NCBI RefSeq assembly: GCF_006345805.1
Contig: NC_042999.1
Location: 112,220,001-112,284,000 of the forward strand
DNA length: 64,000 bases
Source: Octopus sinensis
Taxonomy: Eukaryota
Direction: 5' to 3'
Shown here: positions 62,647-64,000 of the stretch, piece by piece
Position numbering within the stretch: position 1 is the first letter of the stretch
How the letters are laid out: each line of letters opens with the position of its first letter
Translations under genes and position numbers: made by a program
Notes under the pieces: model-generated
What the model saw: only the letters and a program-made list of their open reading frames with translations
Database searches by the model: none
Told to the model about the DNA's origin: nothing

Positions 62647-64000
62647 GCATCGAAACGTGTGTCTGCATATGATGGGTGGAAGACGAAACAACAAAACAGA
62701 ATACTCAACTTTAACTAGGTTAAACCGCTACCTTATTATTTACATTGAAAATGAAGACAAATGGTAAGAGGAAATCTTTTTCATGAATTCAGTACAAAAT
62801 ACTGAACTTTACCTGCATTTGAAACGTAAATCCTATGTGTTAGATTTACCATTACATAACTACTTCTGCCCTAAAAGAGAAAAACAGATATCAACTATTC
62901 TGCTAATGTAAAATTGTGGGAATAAGGAAAATGAAACCTCGTGAATAATACAAAATATGCTTTGTGTGTGTATGTAGGTACAAATGTATGCATATGTGTG
63001 CACGTTTGTGTTTATGTAGGTACAATATACATGTGTGTGTGTGTGTGTGTATGTGTGTGTGTGTGTGTATGTGTGTGTGTGAGTGTAAGTGTGTGCATAT
63101 TATAGTTTGAATGAAACACTGAGCAATTAAAATTGTTAAAAGCCAGAACAATGCAAATTTTAAATAAAGAAGTGAAAACAGTAAAAGAATGCAACAGTTT
63201 ATGCTTTGCCTTATATATTGATATTTCGGGGTTAGACCCCTTAGTCAAAAAAAAAGATAGACAATGGCGAGCTGATATCTTTTGCTCTGATATGTGAGAA
63301 CGGTGGATGCAGTAGACTGGTAGTTTTCCAATTGCCAGTTTACCCCCAGAAGAACCCCTTGTTTAATGGATGGGTTTAGTTCATTAATTAAGCTGGCCTT
63401 CTTGAGGCACAAATTACAGATGTTCCTCTTTATTGCCTTGATACTAACCCTGAAGTCTTGAGCATGGAATTTCATCAGATGTTTTTTTTTTTTTAACTGA
63501 TGTGTTAGTCTGCACATGTTTTTTAATGCAGATATACAATTTCAGGATAGTGCCTCCAGAGTTTATTGCAGACTATTTGGTACGCTCTGCTATTTAATAA
63601 AAGGAAATTGTTTACCAATTGAAATTTGATATTATCTTTTATGTGATTATAAGATTTCATATACGATTTGAATTTAAATTTGAACACTTTAACAGAGACG
63701 GTTTCATGTGGATTGGTTTTGAAAGGGTTAAAGTTTATTGTTGACAGAGAGAAAGAGAATATTTCCGAATTAGTACAGAAGTGTCACATCACGAAATCAT
63801 GTGTTGTCACACTTGGTTACAAAAGTGTGTGTGAAAACACTATGAAGTCATGATTTTAATGGAAAAAAATTTACAAAGAAACAGATGAGTATATGACAAC
63901 ATTTTTAATTATTGTACTTAAAAATACTAGAATTTAATTTTCCAGACGATTGGCAAATATGGTACCTGGTAATACGAGATCACTATTTAATAATAATTTA

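Noticed and set aside
63245-63517. 90-aa ORF and surrounding unique sequence
   Set aside because: No motif, no convincing splice sites, and the length is within chance.

Overview
Repeat-saturated, AT-rich eukaryotic DNA with no recognisable host protein-coding gene, tRNA/rRNA gene or CRISPR array. The tRNA-type SINE families and dense (TA)n/(CA)n/(TAA)n/(TACA)n microsatellites resemble what I recall from octopus genomes; this assignment is an inference, not a database result. Nearly all long ORFs in the track are microsatellite read-through or transposon remnants. Supported content: about 12 fragments of restriction-like-endonuclease (R4/Dong-type) LINEs from several subfamilies, many abutting (TAA)n; a near-intact 5'-truncated CR1/L2-type RT; an internally deleted L1/Tx1; a Ty3/Gypsy RNase H-integrase-LTR remnant; Penelope-like remnants carrying hammerhead-ribozyme motifs; a complete non-autonomous Helitron; Tc1 and Merlin transposase remnants; mariner and hAT MITEs and an 865-bp TIR element; more than 20 SINE copies in three families; two local duplications and three fold-back palindromes. 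The best leads are (i) a fixed-length ~555-bp module found only inside (TAA)n tracts, once fused in frame to an RT-less R4 endonuclease ORF, (ii) Penelope-type hammerhead cores, two with intact catalytic nucleotides, near fold-backs, and (iii) a SINE-tail/(TAA)n/R4 nesting pattern, a dimeric SINE and a SINE-LINE shared 3' tail. Boundaries were read by eye and are approximate unless a TSD, TIR or motif is cited.
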